DNA of 64,000 nt, taken from the IMG/VR virus record IMGVR_UViG_3300010352_000625, positions 128,001 to 192,000 of that record; one strand, given 5' to 3'. Source of the DNA: a virus (lineage: Duplodnaviria; Caudoviricetes). The notes under the pieces were generated by a model. It was not told the DNA's origin. It searched no databases and saw nothing but the letters and a program-made list of their open reading frames with translations. A program made the position numbers and the translations under genes. Position 1 is the first letter of the stretch. The number at the start of each line of letters is the position of its first letter. Positions 10,732-18,684 of this stretch are shown here, piece by piece.

Positions 10732-11077
10732 ATATTAAAATTTTAAATTTTAAATATTATAATTATCACAATGATGCTTGGTTATATCCATCACAATCTT
10801 TGACACGAAAACTCTTTTATCTTCTTCTTGTATCTTTTGTTTCGCAAACTTTATAGCATTATCTATGTCAGAAAAGGTCTTATATTGAACTTCATCATTC
10901 TTATTTAGAATTGTTGCTATGTACATTATAATATCATCCTCTCGATTAAATTAGTTGATTATTCATAATTTAGTGTTTCATTCACTGTATATATTATATC
11001 ATATTTTGTTTTAGATGTCAATAGTTATTTAATTCAAAACTCAAAAAAAAATAACATAAATTATTACTAAAATAAAA

Positions 11078-11172
11078 ACCCTACACACTAGCTAGATATG
11101 TAGGGGTATAGTCCCATATTTCTCAATATGAGGGGCTTAACTAAATATTAGTACTAAATATTAGTTAAGGGA
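11078..11172 (-). terminator. Hairpins / intrinsic terminator downstream of Ro60
   Basis: CCCTACA...TGTAGGG stem followed by a T-run on the minus strand; second inverted repeat CTTAACTAA...TTAGTTAAG. Confidence 0.6.
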
Positions 11173-11178
11173 TTAATT

Positions 11179-12813
11179 TTAAATATTACCTTTACTAAAC
11201 TCAGCGATAATATTAGGAACACTAGCATCAAAACCAGCTATATCTAGCATACCCTTATCTTCTGGGTCAGCAATACTAAAATTGGTTGCCTCTGTAGCAC
11301 AAACTATCAACTTAGTATCCAGCTTCATCTTTTCTCTGTAATTCTTTAGCCCGGCAAATGGGTGAGTTCTTCCACACCAAGTGTCATTGTCAGTCCATAC
11401 GTTGAATACGTCAACTTCTATATTATTCTTCAAGGCCCAGTTAATAGCCGCTGAACAATCTGTACCACCCCAATTACTTCTTACAACCTTCTTACAAACT
11501 GAATCTAGTTTATCTGTCTTTGTTATACCTAGGTCAACAACTTCATCACAAAAACCAACTACATGTACATTAGGTTCAGTCTTTAGTAGTATCATAGACA
11601 TTGCCGCAGTTACTTCACAACTTCTAAGATTAGTGTTATTTATTGTTGAACTCATTGAACCAGATACATCAAGAGCTACCAGATATCTCTTGTTAGTTGG
11701 TTCAACATTATCAAACGCAAGATAAAAAGCATCTTCCAAAGCTGATTCAATTGCTGGTACTGGTGTCCAACTATTACTACCTCTAAATCCTTCACCAGCT
11801 GAATAAGTCTTCAATGCTATTAATATATTAATAGGATGTATTCTTGACTTGCGTATAACTTCCTTATTGCTCAAAGTCTTACATACCATCATAGTACCCT
11901 TGCTTAGTGGTGCCAAATAACCAATCATAGTCATTTTAGCTAGATTTCTAACTAGTGCTGTTATAGGCATAGTACAGTTTTCACCATCATTAGACATCAA
12001 AGCTTCCCATATATCAACTTCATTAAGCAACTGAGTTGGTACAGTTTCTCTAGGCATATTATATTTCTTTATCAGCTTAACAGCGTTCTTAACTGTATCA
12101 CCAGACATTTCTGACAGATACTTTTCAAAATTCATACCAAGATTAAACTGGTCTATTGCTGAATTAGTATCATCCAATACAGGAAGTACTTCATCATAAC
12201 CCTTTACAATCTTGTTGAATATATAAGCCATATCATTATTCGTAGCTACTGGATGTGAAAGAGCTATGGTATCCTTATGTGTCCAACCTTCACGATTCTT
12301 GTACTTAATTACCTGATATACCAACTGACTAGTATTCTTATCCAAATACCAATTAGCTATACACTTTCTAAGACCTCTACCCCAACCACGAAACTTCTGT
12401 ACGTCTTCTACAAACTGAAACAGATGTGTAGCAGTACGACATACCTTATTAAGATTTCTAAAAGCATAAGCCTTAACATCAGCATTACCAAAGGCACTAG
12501 CCAATGCCATCACAAATATTGCTGAGTCATTCTTAGGTGCTCTACCTGCATCACTTATCTTAACAGTTTCATATACTACTCTACAACCATCCTGTTCAAT
12601 AAGCTTCAATACATTTTCAGCATTTTCCTTAGACAACACTGAACCCTTAACATAATAAGAATTCTTTTCTGAACCCAATATTAGGAATCTATTTAGTCTA
12701 TCCCAATCACTAATTGTAAATACATATCCACCAGCGTTATTCTTAACCTGATTCTTACCAAATACTGATTCTGTTTGTGGAACATTTGTGATTATATCTG
12801 AATACTTTGTCAT
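11179..12813 (-). CDS. rsr: Ro60 / TROVE-domain RNA-binding protein (Rsr-like)
   Basis: N-terminal QVKNNAGGYVF..RFLILGS, KYKNREGWTHKD, MPITALVRNL and RIHP; vWA MIDAS DVSGSM, GGTDCS and WTDNDT. Confidence 0.95.
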   Translation of the reverse strand: MTKYSDIITNVPQTESVFGKNQVKNNAGGYVFTISDWDRLNRFLILGSEKNSYYVKGSVLSKENAENVLKLIEQDGCRVVYETVKISDAGRAPKNDSAIFVMALASAFGNADVKAYAFRNLNKVCRTATHLFQFVEDVQKFRGWGRGLRKCIANWYLDKNTSQLVYQVIKYKNREGWTHKDTIALSHPVATNNDMAYIFNKIVKGYDEVLPVLDDTNSAIDQFNLGMNFEKYLSEMSGDTVKNAVKLIKKYNMPRETVPTQLLNEVDIWEALMSNDGENCTMPITALVRNLAKMTMIGYLAPLSKGTMMVCKTLSNKEVIRKSRIHPINILIALKTYSAGEGFRGSNSWTPVPAIESALEDAFYLAFDNVEPTNKRYLVALDVSGSMSSTINNTNLRSCEVTAAMSMILLKTEPNVHVVGFCDEVVDLGITKTDKLDSVCKKVVRSNWGGTDCSAAINWALKNNIEVDVFNVWTDNDTWCGRTHPFAGLKNYREKMKLDTKLIVCATEATNFSIADPEDKGMLDIAGFDASVPNIIAEFSKGNI

Positions 12814-12921
12814 TTCTTATTACCATCCTTTATTTTTGATTTATTTTTAGATATAAAAAAACACCTTATAGCTATAAAACTAATCAGGTGTTTTTTTATC
12901 TTGTTATATATTTAAATAATA

Positions 12922-13054
12922 TTTTGGATAATTATTGCAGATTGGCTTAAAAATCATTCGATTTTTTATTGCTCAATTACAATTTGTGGAACAAGGTTAC
13001 ATATATTCATTCTGTATGTTAGAATTAGATAACCAACCTGCTCCGACCCAAAAT
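12922..13054 (-). ncRNA. Y-RNA-like gene 1
   Basis: 5' UUUUGGGUCGGAGCAGGUUGGUUAUC pairs with 3' GCCAAUCUGC-AAUAA-UUAUCCAAAA leaving a bulged C; immediately upstream of Ro60. Confidence 0.75.
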
Positions 13055-13064
13055 GTATTATGAT

Positions 13065-13155
13065 ATATATTAGATAAAAAAGCGAAAAACAATTTATAAA
13101 TTAAATTGTATTATTAATCATCCTATGATAATTGTTCTTCAGCGACCCAATATAT
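13065..13155 (-). ncRNA. Y-RNA-like gene 2
   Basis: 5' AUAUUGGGUCGCUGAAGAACAAUUAUC pairs with 3' AAUUGUUUUUC...UUAUCUAAUAU. Confidence 0.72.
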
Positions 13156-13217
13156 TAAGTTTTCAATGTTACATATATTAACTTATATTAATTTATAAAT
13201 TTTAAACATTATTTTAT

Positions 13218-13318
13218 GTGAACTAATTACAGTCTAAAGACTGTAATCTTCCTGATTCATCGACTACAGATTTCGCATAGTCTCCACAGGCTTGAATTCC
13301 CTAGGTATTTGATTTTAT
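13218..13318 (-). mobile_element. Non-autonomous IS200/IS605 right-end (omegaRNA scaffold) derivative
   Basis: Near-identical to 53035-53140, ends GTTCAC and is preceded by TTAC. Confidence 0.9.
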
Positions 13319-13362
13319 GTAACTTAAAATCTAATAAATAGATTTTATTATACAAAAATTAA

Positions 13363-13443
13363 GTTAGATAATTGTTGAAAAACAGATGTTTTCTGTTTAT
13401 AATTTATAAGATTATATGATAACTGTTTTTCTTCGACCCAACA
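13363..13443 (-). ncRNA. Y-RNA-like gene 3
   Basis: 5' GUUGGGUCGAAGAAAAACAGUUAUC (contains GNCGAAG) pairs with 3' CUGUUUUUC-AACAA-UUAUCUAAC. Confidence 0.78.
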
Positions 13444-13455
13444 TATTTATTAAAA

Positions 13456-13670
13456 TTGGCTGGGAAACATTTAAGTTTTACGGGGAAAAACTATCCCCAA
13501 CCCAAATTTACTAAGTTAATGATTGGCGTTATATAGAATGGTAACATAGATAAGACTATATAACATTTGATAGCATAGTACCCGTAAATTCCTGAAGCCA
13601 ACCAATTCAGTATTCCTATTGGTATTGGTGTAAACGATATTATGTCTATGCCCATAATAGGATAAAAAAT
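13456..13670 (-). ncRNA. Unrecognised structured RNA, copy A
   Basis: Paralogous to 13788-14004; identical 27-nt block plus compensatory changes in several helices. Confidence 0.7.
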
Positions 13671-13681
13671 ATTTAAATTAA

Positions 13682-13751
13682 TGGCAGTCGAATGAAGATT
13701 CGAACTCATTATAAATCGCACTTGATTGATAATCGATTACTACGACCCAAC
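13682..13751 (-). ncRNA. Y-RNA-like gene 4 with tRNA-like T-arm and CCA end
   Basis: 5' GUUGGGUCGUAGUAAUCGAUUAUC, then AUGAG-UUCGAAU-CUUCAU, then UCGACUGCCA. Confidence 0.65.
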
Positions 13752-13787
13752 TTATATTATTAACTTATATAAATTTAAAAATTAACT

Positions 13788-14004
13788 AACTTGGGATAAC
13801 TTCAATGAAGTTTTACAATCATTCAGGCGGGGGAGCCAGACCAACCCAAGTTTTTAAAGAACGCTGACATTATATAGAATGATTCATCTAGATAAGACTA
13901 TATAACATTTGATAGTATAGTACCCATAAACTTCTGAGGTCAGCTAACCCAGTACTCTATTATAATAACGATATCATAGCTATACCTACGATAGGATGAA
14001 AAAC
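13788..14004 (-). ncRNA. Unrecognised structured RNA, copy B
   Basis: See copy A; G-U pairs indicate the minus strand. Confidence 0.7.
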
Positions 14005-14187
14005 ATCAATAATTCAATATAGCTGAGTATAGTACACAAAGGAAATGATTTGTAAAAATAAAATGATTGAATTTTTTCGCATTACATAATAATTTACTTT
14101 TTAATTTCTTTATTAATAAAAATAATATTTGATAAGTTTAAAAATTATTTAATATATTCTCTCAGCTATATTGAATTGTCAATGTTC
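14003..14187 (-). other. Long inverted repeat (17 bp perfect, about 27 bp with G-U) enclosing an AU-rich loop
   Basis: AATTCAATATAGCTGAG (14011-14027) / CTCAGCTATATTGAATT (14161-14177). Confidence 0.75.
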
Positions 14188-14198
14188 ATAATTATAAT

Positions 14199-14282
14199 TG
14201 GTGGGAGCGAAGGGAGTCGAACCCTCAAGCCTTGCGGCGAGACATTTTAAGTGTCTTATGTATACCATTCCATCACGCTCCC
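14199..14282 (-). tRNA. tRNA-Leu(UAA)
   Basis: Full cloverleaf with long variable arm, AGACA-CTTAAAA-TGTCT, CCA. Confidence 0.95.
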
Positions 14283-14372
14283 AATATATAATAAAGATTT
14301 ATGTGGGCTAACCAATTTTTGGTTTTACAGGATTTATTACCAAACCCACAAATTTAAGGAATTTAATTATTT

Positions 14373-14714
14373 TTATCCCCAGTATTTATCAGTTCCGTTA
14401 GCAACTACTCTTTTATAATTTTCACATGGGCAAATATTTTTAAGTGACAATGAGGAATTAATATAGCTTTTAAGAAATTTTTCGATATACAGATTACTTC
14501 TCTTATCAGCGTTCATTTTTTCAATAACTTGTTTAATCCAAGAAATTTTCTTTTCTTTAGTTATTGAAAAATCATGATTCAACCAAGATGTTATATTGCT
14601 TACAACATTTTTGTTTATTTCAGTTGATGCAAAATCGATTTTCTTAATAGCATCCCAATTACCGCTTTTAACAAACTTATTGTTTTCATCTCTAAAATTA
14701 AATCTGTAATTCAT
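14373..14714 (-). CDS. Hypothetical protein
   Basis: 113-aa ORF with GAGGAGG RBS downstream of three tandem promoters. Confidence 0.7.
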   Translation of the reverse strand: MNYRFNFRDENNKFVKSGNWDAIKKIDFASTEINKNVVSNITSWLNHDFSITKEKKISWIKQVIEKMNADKRSNLYIEKFLKSYINSSLSLKNICPCENYKRVVANGTDKYWG

Positions 14715-14759
14715 ATCAAATTCCTCCTCATTTCGATTTTTTGTTTGTTCTTGCTTGAT

Positions 14760-14995
14760 ATAAAGAGTATATCATGATATTGTTGGTTTGTCAAGTATTA
14801 ATTTAAAAATTAATTAAAAAATATTTTTTAATTAACTGAGAGTTTTAGTTGTTCTCAGCAACAAACATATTATATCATGTTTTTACTGTTTTGTCAAGTG
14901 TTAATTTTTGTTTATTTTTAATCTTTTTTCGTTTGAGAGTTTTAGTTGTTCTCAGCAACAAACATAGTATATCATAGTTTATATAATTTGTCAAG
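14760..14995 (-). promoter_or_regulatory. Three tandem TTGACA/TG-TATA(A/C)T promoters, two followed by an identical 33-bp leader
   Basis: TTGACA near 14789-14794, 14892-14897 and 14989-14994; repeat at 14837-14869 and 14934-14966. Confidence 0.8.
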
Positions 14996-15018
14996 CACTT
15001 TATTTTTGTAGAGTTTTA

Positions 15019-15792
15019 TTAATTTTTTAAACTAAATTTAATATTCTTTTTTGCTTCTTCAATTCTATTTTGTGCTATATTAAAATAATTTTCATCTAAT
15101 TCAATACCTATAAAATTTCTGTTAGTATTAACGCAAGCTACGCCAGTTGTGCCAGAACCCATACAATTATCTAAAACCAAATCTTCTTCATTGGTATAGG
15201 TCTTAATTAGATATTCCATTAGTGCTACGGGTTTTTGTGTTGGATGAATGGTACTGCCCAATTTTTCTCTATTTATATTTAATATATCACAAGGGTATCT
15301 ATATCCAGTGTCTTCATAGGGCTTAATTGACAAAATAGGAGAATTAGATGCAACCACAGATTTAAACTTGGCATTTTTTTCACTTGGTTTATTTGTTACC
15401 TTTTTACCATTATGTTTAACCATTTGCGGATTATAAGTACATTGCTTTTTATAAAACACACATATATTTTCAGTTAGTTTTCCCACTCTCTTTTTTACTT
15501 GCATAAAATTAGTAGGTTTTTCTTTTACCCAATATATGTCATATTTGTAATCAGATTTATTACTTAATCTTAGTTCACTACTAAATGGCTCTGTTCCAAA
15601 AAGAATGATTGCACCTTTATCTTTAATCACTCTGTTGTATTGCTCCCATAACGGCTCAAAAGGAATTATGATATCCCATTTACATGCTGTAGTTCCGTAT
15701 GGTAAATCACATAAAATCATATCTATTGATTCATCAGAAATATCTTTCATTTTCTCTAGACAATCACCATGCATTAATCTAATCTCAGACAT
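15019..15792 (-). CDS. N6/N4 DNA methyltransferase
   Basis: LCDLPYG, HPTQKP, LDNCMGSGTTG. Confidence 0.93.
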   Translation of the reverse strand: MSEIRLMHGDCLEKMKDISDESIDMILCDLPYGTTACKWDIIIPFEPLWEQYNRVIKDKGAIILFGTEPFSSELRLSNKSDYKYDIYWVKEKPTNFMQVKKRVGKLTENICVFYKKQCTYNPQMVKHNGKKVTNKPSEKNAKFKSVVASNSPILSIKPYEDTGYRYPCDILNINREKLGSTIHPTQKPVALMEYLIKTYTNEEDLVLDNCMGSGTTGVACVNTNRNFIGIELDENYFNIAQNRIEEAKKNIKFSLKN

Positions 15793-15800
15793 TACTTACC

Positions 15801-16553
15801 TCACTTAAATTTAATATTCTTTTTTGCTTCTTCAATTCTATCTTTAGCTATATTAAAATACTTTTCATCTAATTCAATACCGATAAAATTTCTGTTAGTA
15901 TTAACACAAGCTACCCCTGTACTACCTGAACCCATTGTAAAATCAAGAACTAGTTCATTTTCGTTAGTATAGATTTTTATTAGATATTCCATTAGTGTCA
16001 CTGGTTTTTGTGTTGGATGTAAATGACCCTTTCCACTTGGGTTTGAAAAGTTCAACAGACTATCTTGCCAACCAGTATGTGTGGTTTTATGTTCTGTTTT
16101 CCCTGCAACTCCTAGTCTGTGTTGTTCATCATTTCTTAATCTTGCTCTACCAGATTTTATTGGAGTATCAAGTTCTATAAGATTTTGTTGATTAAAAGTT
16201 GGTTGTTTTTCATAGAAAACAAGAATTTCCTCGTGTTTTCTCATGGGCATTTTTTTAGCGTTTTGAAAACCGCTTGATTTTGTTTTTATCCAAGAATAAT
16301 CATACTTAAACATCTTAATATTACTCATAATCAAAGCACTTGTAAAAGGCTGTGAACCGAATAAAACTATAGCCCCGTTAGGTTTAATAACTCTTTTCAA
16401 CTGCTCCCACATCGACTCAAAAGGAATAACACTATCCCATTTACACGCAGTTGTGCCATAAGGTGGGTCTGTTATAATGGCGTCAATTGATACATCAGGG
16501 ATATCTTTCATCTTATCAAGACAATCACCTTGTATCAATCTAACCTCAGACAT
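15801..16553 (-). CDS. N6/N4 DNA methyltransferase (tandem paralog)
   Basis: TDPPYG, HPTQKP, LDFTMGSGSTG. Confidence 0.93.
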   Translation of the reverse strand: MSEVRLIQGDCLDKMKDIPDVSIDAIITDPPYGTTACKWDSVIPFESMWEQLKRVIKPNGAIVLFGSQPFTSALIMSNIKMFKYDYSWIKTKSSGFQNAKKMPMRKHEEILVFYEKQPTFNQQNLIELDTPIKSGRARLRNDEQHRLGVAGKTEHKTTHTGWQDSLLNFSNPSGKGHLHPTQKPVTLMEYLIKIYTNENELVLDFTMGSGSTGVACVNTNRNFIGIELDEKYFNIAKDRIEEAKKNIKFK

Positions 16554-16584
16554 TACTTATCTACCTCACTATTAAATTTAATAT

Positions 16585-16659
16585 TGGAGCACCTTCCCCG
16601 AATTGAACGGGGATCTAATCCTTACCATGGATTTGTAATAACCTTTATACGAAAGATGC
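16585..16659 (-). tRNA. tRNA-Thr(GGU)
   Basis: Cloverleaf, AATCC-ATGGTAA-GGATT, CCA. Confidence 0.88.
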
Positions 16660-16663
16660 TTAT

Positions 16664-16738
16664 CGGATCTGCATAGCTGATTCGAACAGCTGACTAATAC
16701 TTACGAGGTATTTGTTTTTCCAGTTAAACTAATGCAGA
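16664..16738 (-). tRNA. tRNA-Thr(CGU)
   Basis: AATAC-CTCGTAA-GTATT; ends in CCG rather than CCA; U1-A72. Confidence 0.8.
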
Positions 16739-16750
16739 ACATTAACTTAA

Positions 16751-16824
16751 TGGAGCCACTTGGAGGAATCAAACCCCCATCCGAGGTGTACAAAACCCCT
16801 ATAATGTCATTATACGAAAGTGGC
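16751..16824 (-). tRNA. tRNA-Thr(UGU)
   Basis: GGGGT-TTTGTAC-ACCTC, CCA; A19/U56 variant. Confidence 0.88.
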
Positions 16825-16835
16825 AAAAATTTTAA

Positions 16836-16911
16836 TGGCACCAGAGGCTGGATTCAAACCAACATTTCTCAAATTTGGAGTTTGATAGTTTTTCATTTAA
16901 CTTACTCTGGC
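16836..16911 (-). tRNA. tRNA-Trp(CCA)
   Basis: TCAAA-CTCCAAA-TTTGA, GCCA end; A19/U56 variant. Confidence 0.85.
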
Positions 16912-16929
16912 ACATAATTTGAATACATT

Positions 16930-17004
16930 TGGAGAGGATAACCAGAATCGAACTGGCACTCATAATTTGGAAGAATATGCGACTACCGATTATCTTATAT
17001 CCTC
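16930..17004 (-). tRNA. tRNA-Gly(UCC)
   Basis: Loop CTTCCAA, U73 discriminator, CCA; imperfect anticodon stem. Confidence 0.75.
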
Positions 17005-17177
17005 ATCATAAACAATTCTATCTAAATCTATTTTTTCTCTATGATTTTTTAGCATATCTCGGTATAATTCTTGTTGTCTTTCATCTAAATCTAACATTTT
17101 GTGATTTAAAAAATAAAATGTATTATTCTCATTCATTTAATATTTCACTCTCTTTTATTTAACCCAATTTTAAACAC

Positions 17178-17335
17178 TTACGCCTATATATTCTATAGTG
17201 CTAAAAATAACCATTATGATACGCAAAGCGTTTATCTTTAATATTTACCTAGGATAGTTATTTTATCATTGTACGCCAGTATTTAGGAATCGAACCTCAA
17301 TAAGTGCATTGCTCTATAAAAATACATAGGCGTAA
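17178..17335 (-). ncRNA. Rod-like structured RNA containing a tRNA-type T-loop
   Basis: Terminal stem UUACGCCUAUGUAUU.../...AAUAUAUAGGCGUAA; internal AGG-UUCGAUU-CCU; inner stem AAAAUAACUA/UGGUUAUUUU. Confidence 0.6.
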
Positions 17336-17346
17336 ATATTTAATTA

Positions 17347-17420
17347 TGGAGCGGGTAGAGAGAATCAAACTCTCATCTACTGACAGGCAATCAGTCATAA
17401 TATCATTATACTATACCCGC
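17347..17420 (-). tRNA. tRNA-Gly(GCC)
   Basis: ACTGA-TTGCCTG-TCAGT, UCCA end; U37; A19/U56. Confidence 0.87.
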
Positions 17421-17427
17421 ATAAAAT

Positions 17428-17504
17428 TGGGAGCGGTGGTCAGACTTGAACTGACAATCAAATGGGTATGAGCCATTTCGCATTAACCATTAGCGTACAC
17501 CGCA
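17428..17504 (-). tRNA. tRNA-Met(CAU), unpaired 1:72
   Basis: AATGG-CTCATAC-CCATT; U1.U72 mismatch. Confidence 0.8.
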
Positions 17505-17542
17505 ATAATTAATTATAATTTATATACATTAATATTACTTTC

Positions 17543-17767
17543 TTAATTATAAAATGATATTAACGCATAAAAAAATGTTGAAAATATAAAAATAAAAATT
17601 GCAATTATAAATTTATACCATATTAAAACGGTTGGTTCAAATAACAATAAAATACATGTTATAAATAATACACTAGATATTATAATAAATGCTAGCATTA
17701 AAAGTATTTTACCCCATGATATAAATATATCTTTCCATAATTTAAAAAACTTAATTATATCATTCAT
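17543..17767 (-). CDS. Small membrane protein
   Basis: Two hydrophobic helices, AGGAG RBS. Confidence 0.55.
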   Translation of the reverse strand: MNDIIKFFKLWKDIFISWGKILLMLAFIIISSVLFITCILLLFEPTVLIWYKFIIAIFIFIFSTFFYALISFYN

Positions 17768-17807
17768 TAAAATTTATTTCTCCTTAGTTGAATGAATTAT
17801 TAAAAAA

Positions 17808-17998
17808 TGGGGTGAAGTGAACTAATTACAGTCTAAAGGCTGTAATCTTCCTGATTCATCGACTACAGATTTCATAGTCTCCACAGGCTTGAATTCCCTA
17901 GGTTCCCTAGGTATCTGTCTTAATATTAGTAAGGGAATTAAACCCTCGCCGTTCTGGTTCACAGCCAGACTGTACTTGTCAATTATACGAACAACACC
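17808..17998 (-). pseudogene. tRNA-His(GUG) interrupted by an IS-derived mini element
   Basis: TCTGG-CTGTGAA-CCAGA anticodon arm and G-1; the 3' end TTCACCCCA lies beyond the insertion. Confidence 0.8.
17817..17928 (-). mobile_element. Non-autonomous IS200/IS605 derivative in tRNA-His
   Basis: TTAC|TAATATTAAGACAGA...GTTCAC; matches the ends of 51745-53140. Confidence 0.9.
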
Positions 17999-18009
17999 AT
18001 GTATTAAAT

Positions 18010-18083
18010 TGGCAGAGCTATGGGGAATCAAACCCCAGCCTAGTGATAGAAAGTCACTTGTGCTATCATTACACAATAGCTCC
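18010..18083 (-). tRNA. tRNA-Glu(UUC)
   Basis: AGTGA-CTTTCTA-TCACT, CCA; U37; A19/U56. Confidence 0.85.
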
Positions 18084-18284
18084 ATAATAAATTTTTATTC
18101 TTCTATACTAAGTTTATAACGATATTGTTCTATATCTATAGATTCATTCAAAACAAACGAATCAGCTTTATTATTATCAAAACTTTTAAAATCAATAAAC
18201 ATATCCATATTCATTATATATACCTCAATATTTATTCTTCTATAACTCTAATTACATTAGTTAAATATATATTTTTCCTACAGG

Positions 18285-18563
18285 TTATTCTTTTGGATCA
18301 GTTAATGAAAAATCATCATTATCTATAAAATGATCGATAACCATTTTACATCTTTTTAAATCATTCACAACACTTTCTATCTCTTTGTATTCATAAGATG
18401 AGTTATCAACTCTAGGTTTTAAATCAATATCAAGAAAATGTCTTAAGCAATCTAATTGATTAACATACTCGCTAAGAACCTTTTTAACAAACTCAATTTG
18501 GCCTTCACTATCATATTCAGCTGAACTTAATATCACATCTAAGTCATTTGGTCCAATACTCAT
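18285..18563 (-). CDS. 'PNDLD'-motif family protein
   Basis: N-terminus GPNDLDVILS; PRVDNSSYEY domain shared with 37128 and 46033. Confidence 0.7.
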   Translation of the reverse strand: MSIGPNDLDVILSSAEYDSEGQIEFVKKVLSEYVNQLDCLRHFLDIDLKPRVDNSSYEYKEIESVVNDLKRCKMVIDHFIDNDDFSLTDPKE

Positions 18564-18684
18564 GTTATCATCTCTTTATTTTAAACAAGTTCCACAATAC
18601 TCACTTCCAAATGGCAATTTCACCATATTTCCATTTTCACGCAAAACTTTACCATTAACTTTAACACATACTGCTAACATTTCG

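Noticed and set aside
13491-13721. 76-aa ORF
   Set aside because: It overlaps structured RNAs, and the differences between the paralogous copies preserve base pairing rather than a protein
13456-14004. Hammerhead, twister, pistol or HDV ribozyme identity for the duplicated RNA
   Set aside because: I could not find the conserved catalytic cores (for example CUGANGA/GAAA) by eye; left unassigned
12900-14300. CRISPR array or other regular repeat-spacer array upstream of Ro60
   Set aside because: The repeated motifs are short and irregularly spaced, and the variable parts base-pair within each unit; no cas genes are present
14302-14351. Small hairpin UGUGGGU...GCCCACA upstream of tRNA-Leu as a further Y-like unit
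   Set aside because: It lacks the GUCG and UUAUC motifs and could simply be a terminator or processing hairpin
16732-18119. ORFs 16732-16917, 16929-17162, 17822-18085 and 17889-18119
   Set aside because: They are translations of tRNA genes or of the IS end; the PREPREFKPVE match only reflects the tnpB 3' end
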